Assembly (NCBI GenBank): GCA_965249315.1
Contig: OZ252225.1
Coordinates: 1,574,814 to 1,638,813 of the forward strand
DNA length: 64,000 bases
Direction of reading: 5' to 3'
Origin: Dehalococcoidia bacterium
GTDB taxonomy: Bacteria; Chloroflexota; Dehalococcoidia; Lucifugimonadales; UBA1127
Shown: piece after piece, positions 13,510-23,015 of the stretch
Layout: every line of letters starts with the position of its first letter
How positions within the stretch are numbered: position 1 is the stretch's first letter
The notes under the pieces: model-generated
What the model was told of the DNA's origin: nothing
Database searches by the model: none
What the model saw: only the letters and a program-made list of their open reading frames with translations
Translations under genes and position numbers: made by a program

Positions 13510-15540
13510 ATGCAGACCTATGCGACAGACCAGCTTCGCAACCTCGTGCTGGTGTCCCACAGCGGCGCCGGCAAGACCACCCTGGGGGAGGCCCTTCTCT
13601 TCACCACCAAGGCCATATCCCGCTTGGGAAAGGTGGAGGACGGCAACACCACCGCCGACTACGAGCCGGAGGCCGTCAAGCGCGGCGGTAGCACCCAGCT
13701 TGCCATCCTCCCCTGCCCGTGGCGGGACCACAAGCTGACCATCATTGACACGCCAGGCTACTTCGACTTTCTGGGCGACTCCCTCTCCGCCCTTCGCGTG
13801 GCCGACGCCGCGGTCCTCGTCGTCGCCGCCAATGCGGGCGTGGAGGTCGGGACGGAGCAGATGTGGCGCCGTGTGCGCGATCGAGGGCTCCCCTGCTTCA
13901 TCTTCGTCAACAAGCTGGACCGCGACAACACCGACTTCTTTGAGGCCCTGTCGAACCTGACGAACGCGTTGGGCAAGGAGTGCGTACCCATCCAGGTCCC
14001 CCTCGGCGCTGCCCAGTACCTTCAGGGCGTGGTCAACCTGCTGGCCCCGTCTGACGACCTACCGGCGGAGGCCCAGGAGGCCCGGGAGCGTCTGCTCGAG
14101 GCCGTGGCCGAGAATGACGACGAGCTGGCGACCAAGTACCTGGAGGGGGAGGAGATCACCGCAGAAGAGCTCACGGACGGGCTGCGGCGGGCGGTGAGCG
14201 CCGGGCAGCTTGTCCCCGTGCTCGCCGGCTCGGCGACGCGCAGCGTCGGCATCACCGAGCTCATGGACGTGCTGGTGGACTACGCGCCTTCTCCCGCTGC
14301 CCGGCCGCCGGTCGCAGCGCGCGGCGCCGATGGCGCCGAGGAAGAGCTGGCCCCGGCCGGGGACGGCCCGCTGGCGGCCCTGGTCTTTAAGACCACCGCC
14401 GACCAGTACGTCGGCCGCCTCTCCTTCATCCGCGTCTACAGCGGGACGCTGACCAGCGACTCGGAGGTCTTCAACAGCCAGAAGGAGCAGACCGAGCGCG
14501 TGGGTCAGCTCTTCGTGCCCCAGGGCAAAGACCAGAACCAGGTGCCTCATCTCGTCGCCGGCGAGATCGGCGCCGTGGGCCGCCTCGCCGTGACCTCCAC
14601 CGGAGATACCCTCAGCCAGCGCGACCACCGCCTCACCCTGGACGGCGTCGACTTTCCCGCCCCGCTATACGCCATGGCCGTCTACCCCAAGGCCAAGGCC
14701 GATACGGACAAGCTGACAACGGCCCTCAACCGCTTGGTGGAGGAGGACCCGAGCCTGCAGTTCACCCGCGAGGCAGACACCAGCGAGGCTCTTCTGGTAG
14801 GCATAGGGGACAGCCACCTGGCCCTGGCCATCCAGCGCGCCCAGCGCAAGCTGGGGGCCAACCTGCTCCTCCAGGCGCCGAGGGTCCCCTACAAAGAGAC
14901 CCTGAGCGCGGTGGCCAGAGTGGAGCACCGCCACAAGCAGCAGTCGGGCGGGCACGGCCACTTCGCCCACGTGGTCATGCGCCTCGAGCCATTGGATCGG
15001 GGGGTCGGCGTCGTGTTCGCCACGGAGGTCGTGGGAGGTAGCGTGCCCAAGGACTTCATCCCCGCCGTGGAGAAGGGCGTTCGCCGCGCCTGTGCGGAGG
15101 GCGTCCTGGCCGGCTACCCCGTCGTGGATATCCGCGCCATCCTCTACGACGGCAGCTTCCACCCCGTCGACTCCGCGACGATGGACTTCGACATTGCGGG
15201 CTACTATGGGCTGAAGAAGGGCTTCCTCGATGGCTCTCCCGCTCTCGTGGAGCCTGTCATGCTGCTGCGCGTCAACACCCCGGACACCTACACCGGGGAC
15301 ATCATCGGTGACCTGAACAGCAAGCGGGGGCGGATCCTGGGCATGGTCCCCCAGGGCGACGGGAGCACCATAGTCGAGGGGCACGTGCCTCGTGCGGAGA
15401 TACAGCGCTACGCTCTGGACCTGCGGTCGCTGACCCAGGCCCGGGCCACCTTCACCGCCGAGTTCGACCACTACGAGGCGGTGCCCGCCCACATGGTGCA
15501 GCGCATCATCGGCGAGACGAAAGAGGCCGCCCGAGCCTAG
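13510..15540 (+). CDS. Elongation factor G paralogue (EF-G-like GTPase)
   Basis: G-motifs SHSGAGKTTL, DTPGYFDF and NKLD, with five-domain EF-G length (676 aa). Confidence 0.85.
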   Translation: MQTYATDQLRNLVLVSHSGAGKTTLGEALLFTTKAISRLGKVEDGNTTADYEPEAVKRGGSTQLAILPCPWRDHKLTIIDTPGYFDFLGDSLSALRVADAAVLVVAANAGVEVGTEQMWRRVRDRGLPCFIFVNKLDRDNTDFFEALSNLTNALGKECVPIQVPLGAAQYLQGVVNLLAPSDDLPAEAQEARERLLEAVAENDDELATKYLEGEEITAEELTDGLRRAVSAGQLVPVLAGSATRSVGITELMDVLVDYAPSPAARPPVAARGADGAEEELAPAGDGPLAALVFKTTADQYVGRLSFIRVYSGTLTSDSEVFNSQKEQTERVGQLFVPQGKDQNQVPHLVAGEIGAVGRLAVTSTGDTLSQRDHRLTLDGVDFPAPLYAMAVYPKAKADTDKLTTALNRLVEEDPSLQFTREADTSEALLVGIGDSHLALAIQRAQRKLGANLLLQAPRVPYKETLSAVARVEHRHKQQSGGHGHFAHVVMRLEPLDRGVGVVFATEVVGGSVPKDFIPAVEKGVRRACAEGVLAGYPVVDIRAILYDGSFHPVDSATMDFDIAGYYGLKKGFLDGSPALVEPVMLLRVNTPDTYTGDIIGDLNSKRGRILGMVPQGDGSTIVEGHVPRAEIQRYALDLRSLTQARATFTAEFDHYEAVPAHMVQRIIGETKEAARA

Positions 15541-15544
15541 GCTT

Positions 15545-15988
15545 CTACGGCCTGCGGGCCCACACCGTGTGGTAGTGCTCCCCGCAGATGACCGACGCGA
15601 TCTCGGCCCGCTCCAGCTGCTGGAGCTCGCGCAGCGCCTCTCTGCAGTCCTGCACGGCGCTCGGGTGTCCCGTGGTCGCCGTGCGCTCCAGCATCCGCTC
15701 GAACACGCCCAGGCGGACAAGGCTGTGGACGAACCGCGGCCAGAACAGCGCCGTCAGGTCTGCGGGCCGGGGAAGGCCGGACCGGGTCCGGCGCAGGTAG
15801 CGCAGCCGCTCCTCGGGCCCCCGCACGCTGTTCACCACCCGGATGAACGGCGGAATGCTAGCCGTGCAGCGCAGGTCCAGCAGCAGCGTCTTGCCCAGCA
15901 TGGGGAAATAGACGGTCAGGACCTCTGCGTCTTCGATTCTGCGTGCGTACTCCCCGAGGTCTACGGGGAAATCCATGTCCATCGCCAC
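15545..15988 (-). CDS. Hypothetical protein
   Basis: 147-aa ORF with non-repetitive composition, packed between the EF-G paralogue and etfA. No family recognised. Confidence 0.4.
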   Translation of the reverse strand: MAMDMDFPVDLGEYARRIEDAEVLTVYFPMLGKTLLLDLRCTASIPPFIRVVNSVRGPEERLRYLRRTRSGLPRPADLTALFWPRFVHSLVRLGVFERMLERTATTGHPSAVQDCREALRELQQLERAEIASVICGEHYHTVWARRP

Positions 15989-16013
15989 ACCTCCGCACTG
16001 GGCTTCAGGGGCG

Positions 16014-17012
16014 CTATCCGCCCACTAGCTCGCGCACCTTGTTGGTGAAGGCCGGGAGCACTTTCTCCCACTCCCCAACAATGCCGTAGCGGGCCTCCTT
16101 GAAGATGTTGGCGCTCTCGTCCTTGTTGACGGCAACGGTGTTCTTCACGCTGGACATGCCGGCAACGTGCTGGCTGGCGCCGGAGATTGCAAATGTGATG
16201 TACAGCTCCGCGGCAATGCTCTTGCCGGTGAGGCCGATCTGGTAGGAGTGGGACAGCCATCCCGCGTCGCACGCGGCCCGAGAGGCGCCCATTGCGCCGC
16301 CCAGGAGACGGGCCAGCTCCTCCAGCTGCTCGAAGGGCTCCGGCCCGCCCAGCCCGCGGCCCCCGGCCACGACGATGCGGGCGTCCTCCAGCCGCACTCC
16401 CGCAGCCTGTGCCCTCACCTGGTCCACCAGCTTGACCGCGCCGAGCTTGGGGTCCAGTTCCACGGGGAAGGCGACGACCTCGCCCTGGTGCGACGCGTCC
16501 GCCTCGACGGGGTCGAAGGTCTTCGGCCGCACCGTCGCCACTCGCGGCGACGTGGCCACCGTCACGCGGGCCAGGGACGCCCCGCCGTAGACCGGCCGGT
16601 CGCCCGTCAGGACTCCGCTTTCCGGGTCCAGGCTGAGCCGCACGCAGTCCTGCGCCAGCCCCGCTCCCAGGCGGACGGCCAGCCGAGGGCCCACGTCGCG
16701 TCCCAGTAAGGTACGTCCCATCAGGATCACGCTGGGGTCTACCGCCTTGGCCACGCCCTCCAGGACCGCCAGGTGCGCGTCGACGTGGAAGTACTCCTCC
16801 AGGAGCGGGTGCTCGGTCGCGTAGACCTTGTGCGCTCCCAGCGCCGCGGCCTCCTCTGCCAGGCCGCCCACCTGGGCGCCTCCAAGCGCCGCCACCACCT
16901 CGCCTCCCAGGGCCTGGGCCATGGGCGCCGCCGCAGCCACCAACTCGCCCGTTATGGGGGAGAGTTGGCCTCCTGTTATCTCGCCGACGATGAGGACCGA
17001 ATTGCCTGCCAT
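16014..17012 (-). CDS. etfA: Electron transfer flavoprotein alpha subunit
   Basis: The C-terminal FAD-binding region (VVAGGRGLG...ELYITFAISGASQH) is typical of EtfA. Confidence 0.9.
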   Translation of the reverse strand: MAGNSVLIVGEITGGQLSPITGELVAAAAPMAQALGGEVVAALGGAQVGGLAEEAAALGAHKVYATEHPLLEEYFHVDAHLAVLEGVAKAVDPSVILMGRTLLGRDVGPRLAVRLGAGLAQDCVRLSLDPESGVLTGDRPVYGGASLARVTVATSPRVATVRPKTFDPVEADASHQGEVVAFPVELDPKLGAVKLVDQVRAQAAGVRLEDARIVVAGGRGLGGPEPFEQLEELARLLGGAMGASRAACDAGWLSHSYQIGLTGKSIAAELYITFAISGASQHVAGMSSVKNTVAVNKDESANIFKEARYGIVGEWEKVLPAFTNKVRELVGG

Positions 17013-17034
17013 GGTCTCCTCGCAACCTGCGGTG

Positions 17035-17832
17035 TTAGATGAGTTTCGCCTCGTGCAGCTTCAGCGCCAGGTTGATGCCCTTCTCCTCGTCGCTGTCGCC
17101 CTCGATGTACTCGCAGTCCTGCTCCTGGGTCGGGACGTAGAGCTCCTGCGTCTCCACCCTGGGCCGCAGGCCGTCCGAGTCCACGCCCAGGTCCGCTGCC
17201 GACCAGACCGTGGGCTGCTTGCGGGAGGCCGCCATGATGCCCCGAAGGGTCGGGTAGCGGGCCTGTCCCAGCTCATTGCTCACGGTGACCATGGCCGGCA
17301 TTGGGACCTCCACTGTGTCGTGCCCGTCGGTCATGATCCGGTCCACCACCACCGCATCGCCCTGGACCTCCACTCGCTGGGCCACGGTGATACAGGGGAT
17401 GCCCAGGATCTCCGCGAGGGCGAGGGGCACCTGCGCCTGGTCGAAGTCCGAGGCCTGCCGGCCGCAGAGGACCAGGTCGTACTCCCCGATCTTCTGGATC
17501 GCGGCCGCCAGAACGTGCGCGGTCGCAGTCGGGTCCAGGTTCTCGAAGGCCGGGTCCTGGGCCAGCACCAGGTCGTCTGCGCCCATGGACAGCGTCTTCT
17601 TGATGACGTCCATCGCAAACCCTGCTCCCGCGCACAGCACCGTGATCTTGCCCTGCTCCTTCTCCCGGATGCGAAGCGCGGCCTCAACGGCGTTCTCGTC
17701 GAAGCCGTTGACCACGGGCGGAACATTGGGGGGAGGCTCCATCCGCTTCGTCTCGGGGTTGATGCGGAGGGCCGACGCGGGGGTCTCGGGGTCGATGACC
17801 TGCTTGGCCGTCACGATGATGTTCACTGCCAT
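17035..17832 (-). CDS. etfB: Electron transfer flavoprotein beta subunit
   Basis: MAVNIIVTAKQVIDPE...DLVLCGRQASD is an EtfB-type sequence, immediately upstream of etfA. Confidence 0.9.
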   Translation of the reverse strand: MAVNIIVTAKQVIDPETPASALRINPETKRMEPPPNVPPVVNGFDENAVEAALRIREKEQGKITVLCAGAGFAMDVIKKTLSMGADDLVLAQDPAFENLDPTATAHVLAAAIQKIGEYDLVLCGRQASDFDQAQVPLALAEILGIPCITVAQRVEVQGDAVVVDRIMTDGHDTVEVPMPAMVTVSNELGQARYPTLRGIMAASRKQPTVWSAADLGVDSDGLRPRVETQELYVPTQEQDCEYIEGDSDEEKGINLALKLHEAKLI

Positions 17833-17993
17833 GCCAAACTCCTACAAGAGGATGGGAGACGGCCTAATGTGCAATCTATCACAAGCGTCGGAGCGGTGTC
17901 AATCCAGTCTCCGGCACGCGGTCAAGTGTACAACCGCCGAAGAATGCCGTAAGGAAGCGCCTCGGGCCGTAGTGTTCCCGGGGTGCCTCTGCG

Positions 17994-18494
17994 CTACTGT
18001 CTGAGGCGCCACCAGCTACCGCCAGGGTCACGCTGGCAAACGCTGGCCTTGATGTCCTCCGGGAACACGGCGCAGAGGTTGTTGATAATAGTATCGTAGT
18101 AGAACCTTGAACGGTCCTCCACCTGCATCCTCAGCTCTTCTTCTAGGGTGGCGATGTCTTCCCCCATACTCTCGATGTCAGCCCTTAGGCGATTGATGAC
18201 ACCGTTGGTCCTTGTTTCGTAGTCCGCAAGGGCCAGACGCTGCTGCTCCAAGCGCTGAGATAGTTCCTCCTCGTTCCTCCTCGCGCTGAGTAGGCGGGTC
18301 TCAAGTACGTCGATTTGCTCAGGCAAAGGTGCTACCTGGGCTTCCAGTCCGCGGAAGCCGTCCTCTAGGCTGCTGGTGTCCTCCTCGAGACTGCCCAGCT
18401 CAGCGTCCACATACTCCCTGTCGACATTAGAGCCGGAGCACGCTGTGAGAGCTAGAGCTATCGAGAGCATGGCCACTAACAGGAACCATCTCAT
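17994..18494 (-). CDS. Hypothetical coiled-coil lipoprotein
   Basis: MRWFLLVAMLSIALALTAC lipobox at the internal Met; the maximal ORF reaches 18590. The region is more AT-rich than its flanks. Confidence 0.5.
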   Translation of the reverse strand: MRWFLLVAMLSIALALTACSGSNVDREYVDAELGSLEEDTSSLEDGFRGLEAQVAPLPEQIDVLETRLLSARRNEEELSQRLEQQRLALADYETRTNGVINRLRADIESMGEDIATLEEELRMQVEDRSRFYYDTIINNLCAVFPEDIKASVCQRDPGGSWWRLRQ

Positions 18495-18746
18495 GGTTCT
18501 CCTCCTGCACGAAAGTAGCCCCGGGGCAAAGGCGTGCCCCAGGGGTTGAGTTGCCGGGACGGACTGCTTACTTGCTGGCTGCTGCGGCATAGTTCACTCC
18601 CATGAATGCTGCATCTACCATCTTACACCCCGGCGCCCCGTCAACCACACTCTGAACGCCCTGTGGCTCGCGTCTGGGAGGCTACTTGCCCCCCGAGAAC
18701 GCGCTCTGCCGTGTGCTATCCTGGGCACACACCTGCGAGGAGGCGC

Positions 18747-19991
18747 ATGGACACCAACGCGACCGGGTGGCGAGGGTGGCTCCTCCGGGCCCTCCTGCTG
18801 GCCCTCTTCCTCGTCCTCCTCCGCACCGACGACCACCGCCTCTCCCCCGCGACGGACGCCGCCTCCGCGCACCTGTTCGCCGTGGAAGAGTGGATCGTCG
18901 AGAACATGGAGGACAAGTGGCGCCATAAGGCGCGCCGCCTCCTCCCCACGCAGGGCCTCTCCCGGGACGAGCAGATCGAGCGGATGGATGAGCTCTTTGA
19001 GGTCCAGGAGGACGTGCGCTCCATCCGGCGGAGCATCGCCCGTGCGGCCGCGACGGACACCGCCCTCGACCGGGAGACCATGGACAGCTTCGAACGCCGC
19101 CTCTCCTCGCTCCTGGAACGGCGGGAGGCCCTGCGAGACGACGTTGAGGCGCTACTGGAGAGCGAGTTGTCCGCCGTCATCGCAGAGGCCGGCCTCCGGC
19201 GTGGGACGGGCCTGTTCCAGGCTGTCTTCCCGCCCGTCGACTTCCGCCTGGACTCCGCCCCCATGGTCCTGACCGTCTCCCCCCGGGACCGCATCCGGCT
19301 CGCCGGGACGGTCCTCCTGGACGGCGATGGAGAGGTGGCGGACTGGGAGGCGATAGAGGTGGCCTTGGCCCAGGAGCACAGCCTCTCCGCGCTGGTCCTC
19401 CCCATCTCCGGTCTTGCGGCCTACCCCTCCATCGTCTCCGGCACGCGAGACCTGCGGCGCACCCTGGAGATCGTCGCCCACGAGTGGCTCCACCATTACT
19501 GGTTCTTCCACCCCCTGGGCTTCAATTACTTCGCCTCCGCCGAAATGACCACCCTCAACGAGACGGCGGCGGACATCGCCGGTCGGGAGCTGGGAGATCT
19601 GGCCTACCATCGCCTGATGGGGAGGCCCCCGCACGAGCCCATCGTCCCTTCGCGGGCCGACACCGGTGAGAGGGTCTTCGACTTCGGCGACGAAATGCGG
19701 GAGACCCGCCGCACCGTCGACGCCATGCTGTCCCAGGGCCGTGTGACTGAGGCCGAGCAGTACATGGAGGCCCGCCGCCGCGTCTTCGTCTCCAACGGCT
19801 ATGCGATCCGAAAGATCAACCAGGCGTACTTCGCCTTCCACGGCACCTACGCGGAGAGCCCCGCCTCCGTCAGCCCCATCGCCGGCCAGCTCCACGAGTT
19901 GCGCGAACGCACCGCCACCCTCGGCGAGTTCGTCCGCACCGTCGCCCGCTTCAACACCTACGACGCCTTCCTGGCCTACCTGGAAGAGTGA
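18747..19991 (+). CDS. Membrane-anchored putative HExxH metallopeptidase (called gene A in the findings)
   Basis: An N-terminal TM segment (WLLRALLLALFLVLL) and HEWLHHYWF. Its last 125 nt are repeated three more times downstream. Confidence 0.6.
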   Translation: MDTNATGWRGWLLRALLLALFLVLLRTDDHRLSPATDAASAHLFAVEEWIVENMEDKWRHKARRLLPTQGLSRDEQIERMDELFEVQEDVRSIRRSIARAAATDTALDRETMDSFERRLSSLLERREALRDDVEALLESELSAVIAEAGLRRGTGLFQAVFPPVDFRLDSAPMVLTVSPRDRIRLAGTVLLDGDGEVADWEAIEVALAQEHSLSALVLPISGLAAYPSIVSGTRDLRRTLEIVAHEWLHHYWFFHPLGFNYFASAEMTTLNETAADIAGRELGDLAYHRLMGRPPHEPIVPSRADTGERVFDFGDEMRETRRTVDAMLSQGRVTEAEQYMEARRRVFVSNGYAIRKINQAYFAFHGTYAESPASVSPIAGQLHELRERTATLGEFVRTVARFNTYDAFLAYLEE

Positions 19992-20007
19992 GGAAAGAAG
20001 GGAAGCT

Positions 20008-21717
20008 ATGTTCAGTGTGCTAGCGGCTATGGCAACCCTTGCCGCCATTGGCTTGATCTTCGCGCTGGACCCGGGCGGGGTCATCGCCGAAAGCGGCTTC
20101 CCCGACTTCCGGGAGATGGACTGGAAGCAGCTTGTGGCGTGGGGCTTCCGTACGATAGGCGTCGTTGTAGCGCAGCTGCTCATTGTCGTGCTGTGGCTGT
20201 GGACCAAATTCAGGGACCAGCACGGGACCGAAGCGCAGCGGCGCCCTTCGTACCCGGCGGACCCGCCCACCGGTTCACTGCCGGCGGCAGCGGTATCTGC
20301 CCTGCAGGACCACATGATATGGGGCCATACGCTGCTCGCTTCCATCATCGAGATGTGCCAGCGCGGCACACTCAAATTGGAGTGCGTCGGAACGAGGAGT
20401 GGCTTCCTGTACCGGCTTTCTCCGCAGGGCCCCGCACAGCATGACTGGGAGCAAACGATATGCGACAGCCTGCCGTCTCGCCCCACAACGATTGATGAGT
20501 TGGATGAAGCGATAAGCAAGCACAAAGATGCCATCGGCGACCAGATAGGCGACTACCTGCAGCACCGTGGTCTCTTCCATGACAACCCCGTACGTGACAG
20601 GAGGGAGAATCTCGGGAGTGGTGCCGGATGGGCCATTCTGGCCGGGGCCTTGATGGGCGTGGCTGGTGGGCTCTGGATGGCCCTATGGCTGTCCCAGTGG
20701 TGGGCGAACGCCCTGATCGGCGCGTTCATAGGCTTTGTCTATATGCTGATTGCTCCTATGGCGTCGTACGTGGCGCCGACAACGCCGAGGGGGGCTCACG
20801 AGATAGAACAGTGGCTTGGCTGGAAAGAGACCGCGGCCGGGTCCGCTCGTCCCGGCGCCCAGGACGAGGCCGACTCCATGTTGGCCTATGCCGTGGCCCT
20901 GGACGTGGCCCGGCCATGGCTCGACCTCTCCGTCCCGGCCCCGCCGTGGTTCCAGGCATCTTTCCTACGAGGTGCCGAACCGGACGCGGCCTATCACGCC
21001 TTTCTGCACGAATCGGTCTGGGGCCTGGCTGGACGGTCCCAGGACGCGGCGAAAGCGGCGGCAGAGACGGACGAGGCAACAGAGGCCGAACTGCTCGATC
21101 TGGAGTCGGCGGGTACCCGGAAGGCATCTGACCGCGAGATCGCCGACGAGATTGAAGAGATTGATCGTGAACTGGAGGCGCAGGGCAGTCCTCCGGCAGC
21201 CACCCCGAGGTCGGCGCCGATGGAGTATCAGCGGCACAGGCGGGATCGGGCGGTCAAGGAGGAGAAGGGCGGCGGCTGTCTCCCCGGCTGCCTCGTATGG
21301 GTCGTGGGCCTGCTGGGCATAGGGGCCCTTGCCCTGGTCGTCCTGTTCAGCCTCGACGTGCTCTCGCCTCGCGACAAGCCGTGTCCCCTGACCTCTCCCC
21401 CGATTCCGACGCCCGCGCTGATTGCGACAGCCGGTGATCTGTTCCGCAATGAGTGTGTGAGGGTCCGCGGCACGATAGTGTTCCAGGCCGCCGGCGAGCT
21501 GGTGGTGGAGATGGACCGGGGCGAGTACGTGCAGCGCGTGAACGTCAGCGACCCCGCTGAGGTACTCCAAGCAATCCCCCTGGGCCGCGTGGTGACCCTG
21601 GCTGGGTGGCTCAGAGTGGAGGAGGACGGGACATACTCAGTCCACTTCATACCGGACCATGGAGCAGACCGCGAGTGGTGGCGGAACCTCCTGGAGAACC
21701 TCGAAGGGCTGTTCTAG
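20008..21717 (+). CDS. Multi-pass membrane protein, DUF2207-like (cassette 1 cargo)
   Basis: ATG 20008 follows GGAAAGAAGGGAAG. Several TM segments, an acidic linker and a C-terminal soluble domain. Confidence 0.55.
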   Translation: MFSVLAAMATLAAIGLIFALDPGGVIAESGFPDFREMDWKQLVAWGFRTIGVVVAQLLIVVLWLWTKFRDQHGTEAQRRPSYPADPPTGSLPAAAVSALQDHMIWGHTLLASIIEMCQRGTLKLECVGTRSGFLYRLSPQGPAQHDWEQTICDSLPSRPTTIDELDEAISKHKDAIGDQIGDYLQHRGLFHDNPVRDRRENLGSGAGWAILAGALMGVAGGLWMALWLSQWWANALIGAFIGFVYMLIAPMASYVAPTTPRGAHEIEQWLGWKETAAGSARPGAQDEADSMLAYAVALDVARPWLDLSVPAPPWFQASFLRGAEPDAAYHAFLHESVWGLAGRSQDAAKAAAETDEATEAELLDLESAGTRKASDREIADEIEEIDRELEAQGSPPAATPRSAPMEYQRHRRDRAVKEEKGGGCLPGCLVWVVGLLGIGALALVVLFSLDVLSPRDKPCPLTSPPIPTPALIATAGDLFRNECVRVRGTIVFQAAGELVVEMDRGEYVQRVNVSDPAEVLQAIPLGRVVTLAGWLRVEEDGTYSVHFIPDHGADREWWRNLLENLEGLF

Positions 21718-21790
21718 GTGGCGCTCCACCACTGCCACCTCCGCTAGAGCCTGACCGTCAGTCACCGCCGAGGTCCTGCTGGCTCCCTGG

Positions 21791-21833
21791 TCACCACACG
21801 GCCTTGAGTCCGACCACTGCTGCCGTCAGCCCC
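21791..21833 (-). repeat. Scar of a crcB 3' end (last ~11 codons plus stop)
   Basis: Minus strand reads TAAVVGLKAVW*. Compare the intact crcB end ...GLTAVVVGLKVGQALKAVW* at 25949-26010. Confidence 0.7.
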
Positions 21834-21947
21834 ATCGCCGGCCAGCTCCACGACCTGCGACAGCGCACGGCCACCCTCGGCGAGTTCGTCCGCACCGTCG
21901 CCCGCTTTGACACCTACGACGCCTTCCTCGCCTACCTGGAACAGTAA
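21823..21947 (+). repeat. Copy b of the 3' end of gene A (125 nt, frame and stop preserved)
   Basis: Aligns to 19867-19991 with 11 mismatches by eye. It encodes VSPIAGQLHDLRQRTATLGEFVRTVARFDTYDAFLAYLEQ*. Confidence 0.9.
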
Positions 21948-22005
21948 GCCCGCAAGGGCCTGCCCCCAATGTGCTCCGTGGTACACTCAACCGCTCCGCC
22001 GAGCA

Positions 22006-22893
22006 TTGGAGGACCAACCCATAGCTCCTAGTGACGGTTTCTACTGGGCCTTTCTGGCTCTTCTAGGCTGGGGCTCCGCCGATTACCTGGCGCGGTCCGC
22101 GTCCGGTCGATTCGGAAGCGTGAGCGTCACGCTGCTTACCCTCACCATTGGACTGGCGGCGCCCCTTCCTTTTGTGCTCGTGGAAATCTCCCAGGCGTCG
22201 CTGGCAGTGGACTGGTCGGAGTTGGCAGTCTGGGGGCCGGTGACTGGAGGGTTCCTCGGAGTCGCCTACCTCGTCTACTACACTGGCCTGCAGCGGGGCT
22301 CCGTTACGGTGGTGTCCGCTACGGCCTCTGCCTGGCTGGCGGTCACTGTGGTGATTGCGGTTGTCGCCTTTGGAGAGAGCCTCTCGCTGGGCCAGGTGGG
22401 GCTAATGGCCGTCATTCTCCTGGGGATACTCATGCTGTCGGCCGGCCGGGTGACTGGGATGGGTGTGAGAACCGGCCTGGGTTGGGGGCTTGGGGCCATG
22501 CTAACGATCGGTGTCGCCTTGGGGTTGATTGACCAGGTGACTGAAGCGGCTGGCCCCATGTTGGCCGTGCTTGTCGTCCGGGCGGTCTCCATCGTCCCGA
22601 CCTACGCGTTTGTGAGGCTGAAGAGGGTGGACGTGCGGCGTCCTACCGACCTGAGGGGCTGGACGTTGCTCGTAGCCGTGGGTCTTCTCGACGCTGGAGC
22701 CTACGTGGCATACAACCTGGGCGTGGACAGCGCGCCCGTGGCTGTGATAGCTCCCATCGCCGCGGCCCATCCGGTGGCCACAATTGCGCTGGCCGTAGCG
22801 CTGAGTAGGGAGCGGCCCCATGCCCTCCACTGGGCGGGCGCCGCAGCCGCCATCGGGGCGACCGTCGGTCTCAGCATTTTGGTCGGCGCTTGA
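22006..22893 (+). CDS. EamA/DMT-family transporter (cassette 2 cargo)
   Basis: Ten predicted TM helices and a duplicated EamA-like pattern (GWGSADYLAR...). The start is uncertain: TTG 22006 is chosen, and the ORF is open from 21907 inside repeat b. Confidence 0.7.
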   Translation: MEDQPIAPSDGFYWAFLALLGWGSADYLARSASGRFGSVSVTLLTLTIGLAAPLPFVLVEISQASLAVDWSELAVWGPVTGGFLGVAYLVYYTGLQRGSVTVVSATASAWLAVTVVIAVVAFGESLSLGQVGLMAVILLGILMLSAGRVTGMGVRTGLGWGLGAMLTIGVALGLIDQVTEAAGPMLAVLVVRAVSIVPTYAFVRLKRVDVRRPTDLRGWTLLVAVGLLDAGAYVAYNLGVDSAPVAVIAPIAAAHPVATIALAVALSRERPHALHWAGAAAAIGATVGLSILVGA

Positions 22894-22907
22894 GGGGAGC
22901 GCCGGTG

Positions 22908-22991
22908 CGCACCGCCACCCTCGGCGAGTTCATCCGCACCGTCGCCCGCTTCAACACCTACGACGCCTTCCTCGCCTACCTGGAAGAGTGA
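22908..22991 (+). repeat. Copy c of the 3' end of gene A (84 nt)
   Basis: 2 mismatches against 19908-19991. It encodes TATLGEFIRTVARFNTYDAFLAYLEE* and begins 14 nt after the EamA stop. Confidence 0.9.
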
Positions 22992-23015
22992 AGACAGAGG
23001 CAGGCGCTTGCGGCC

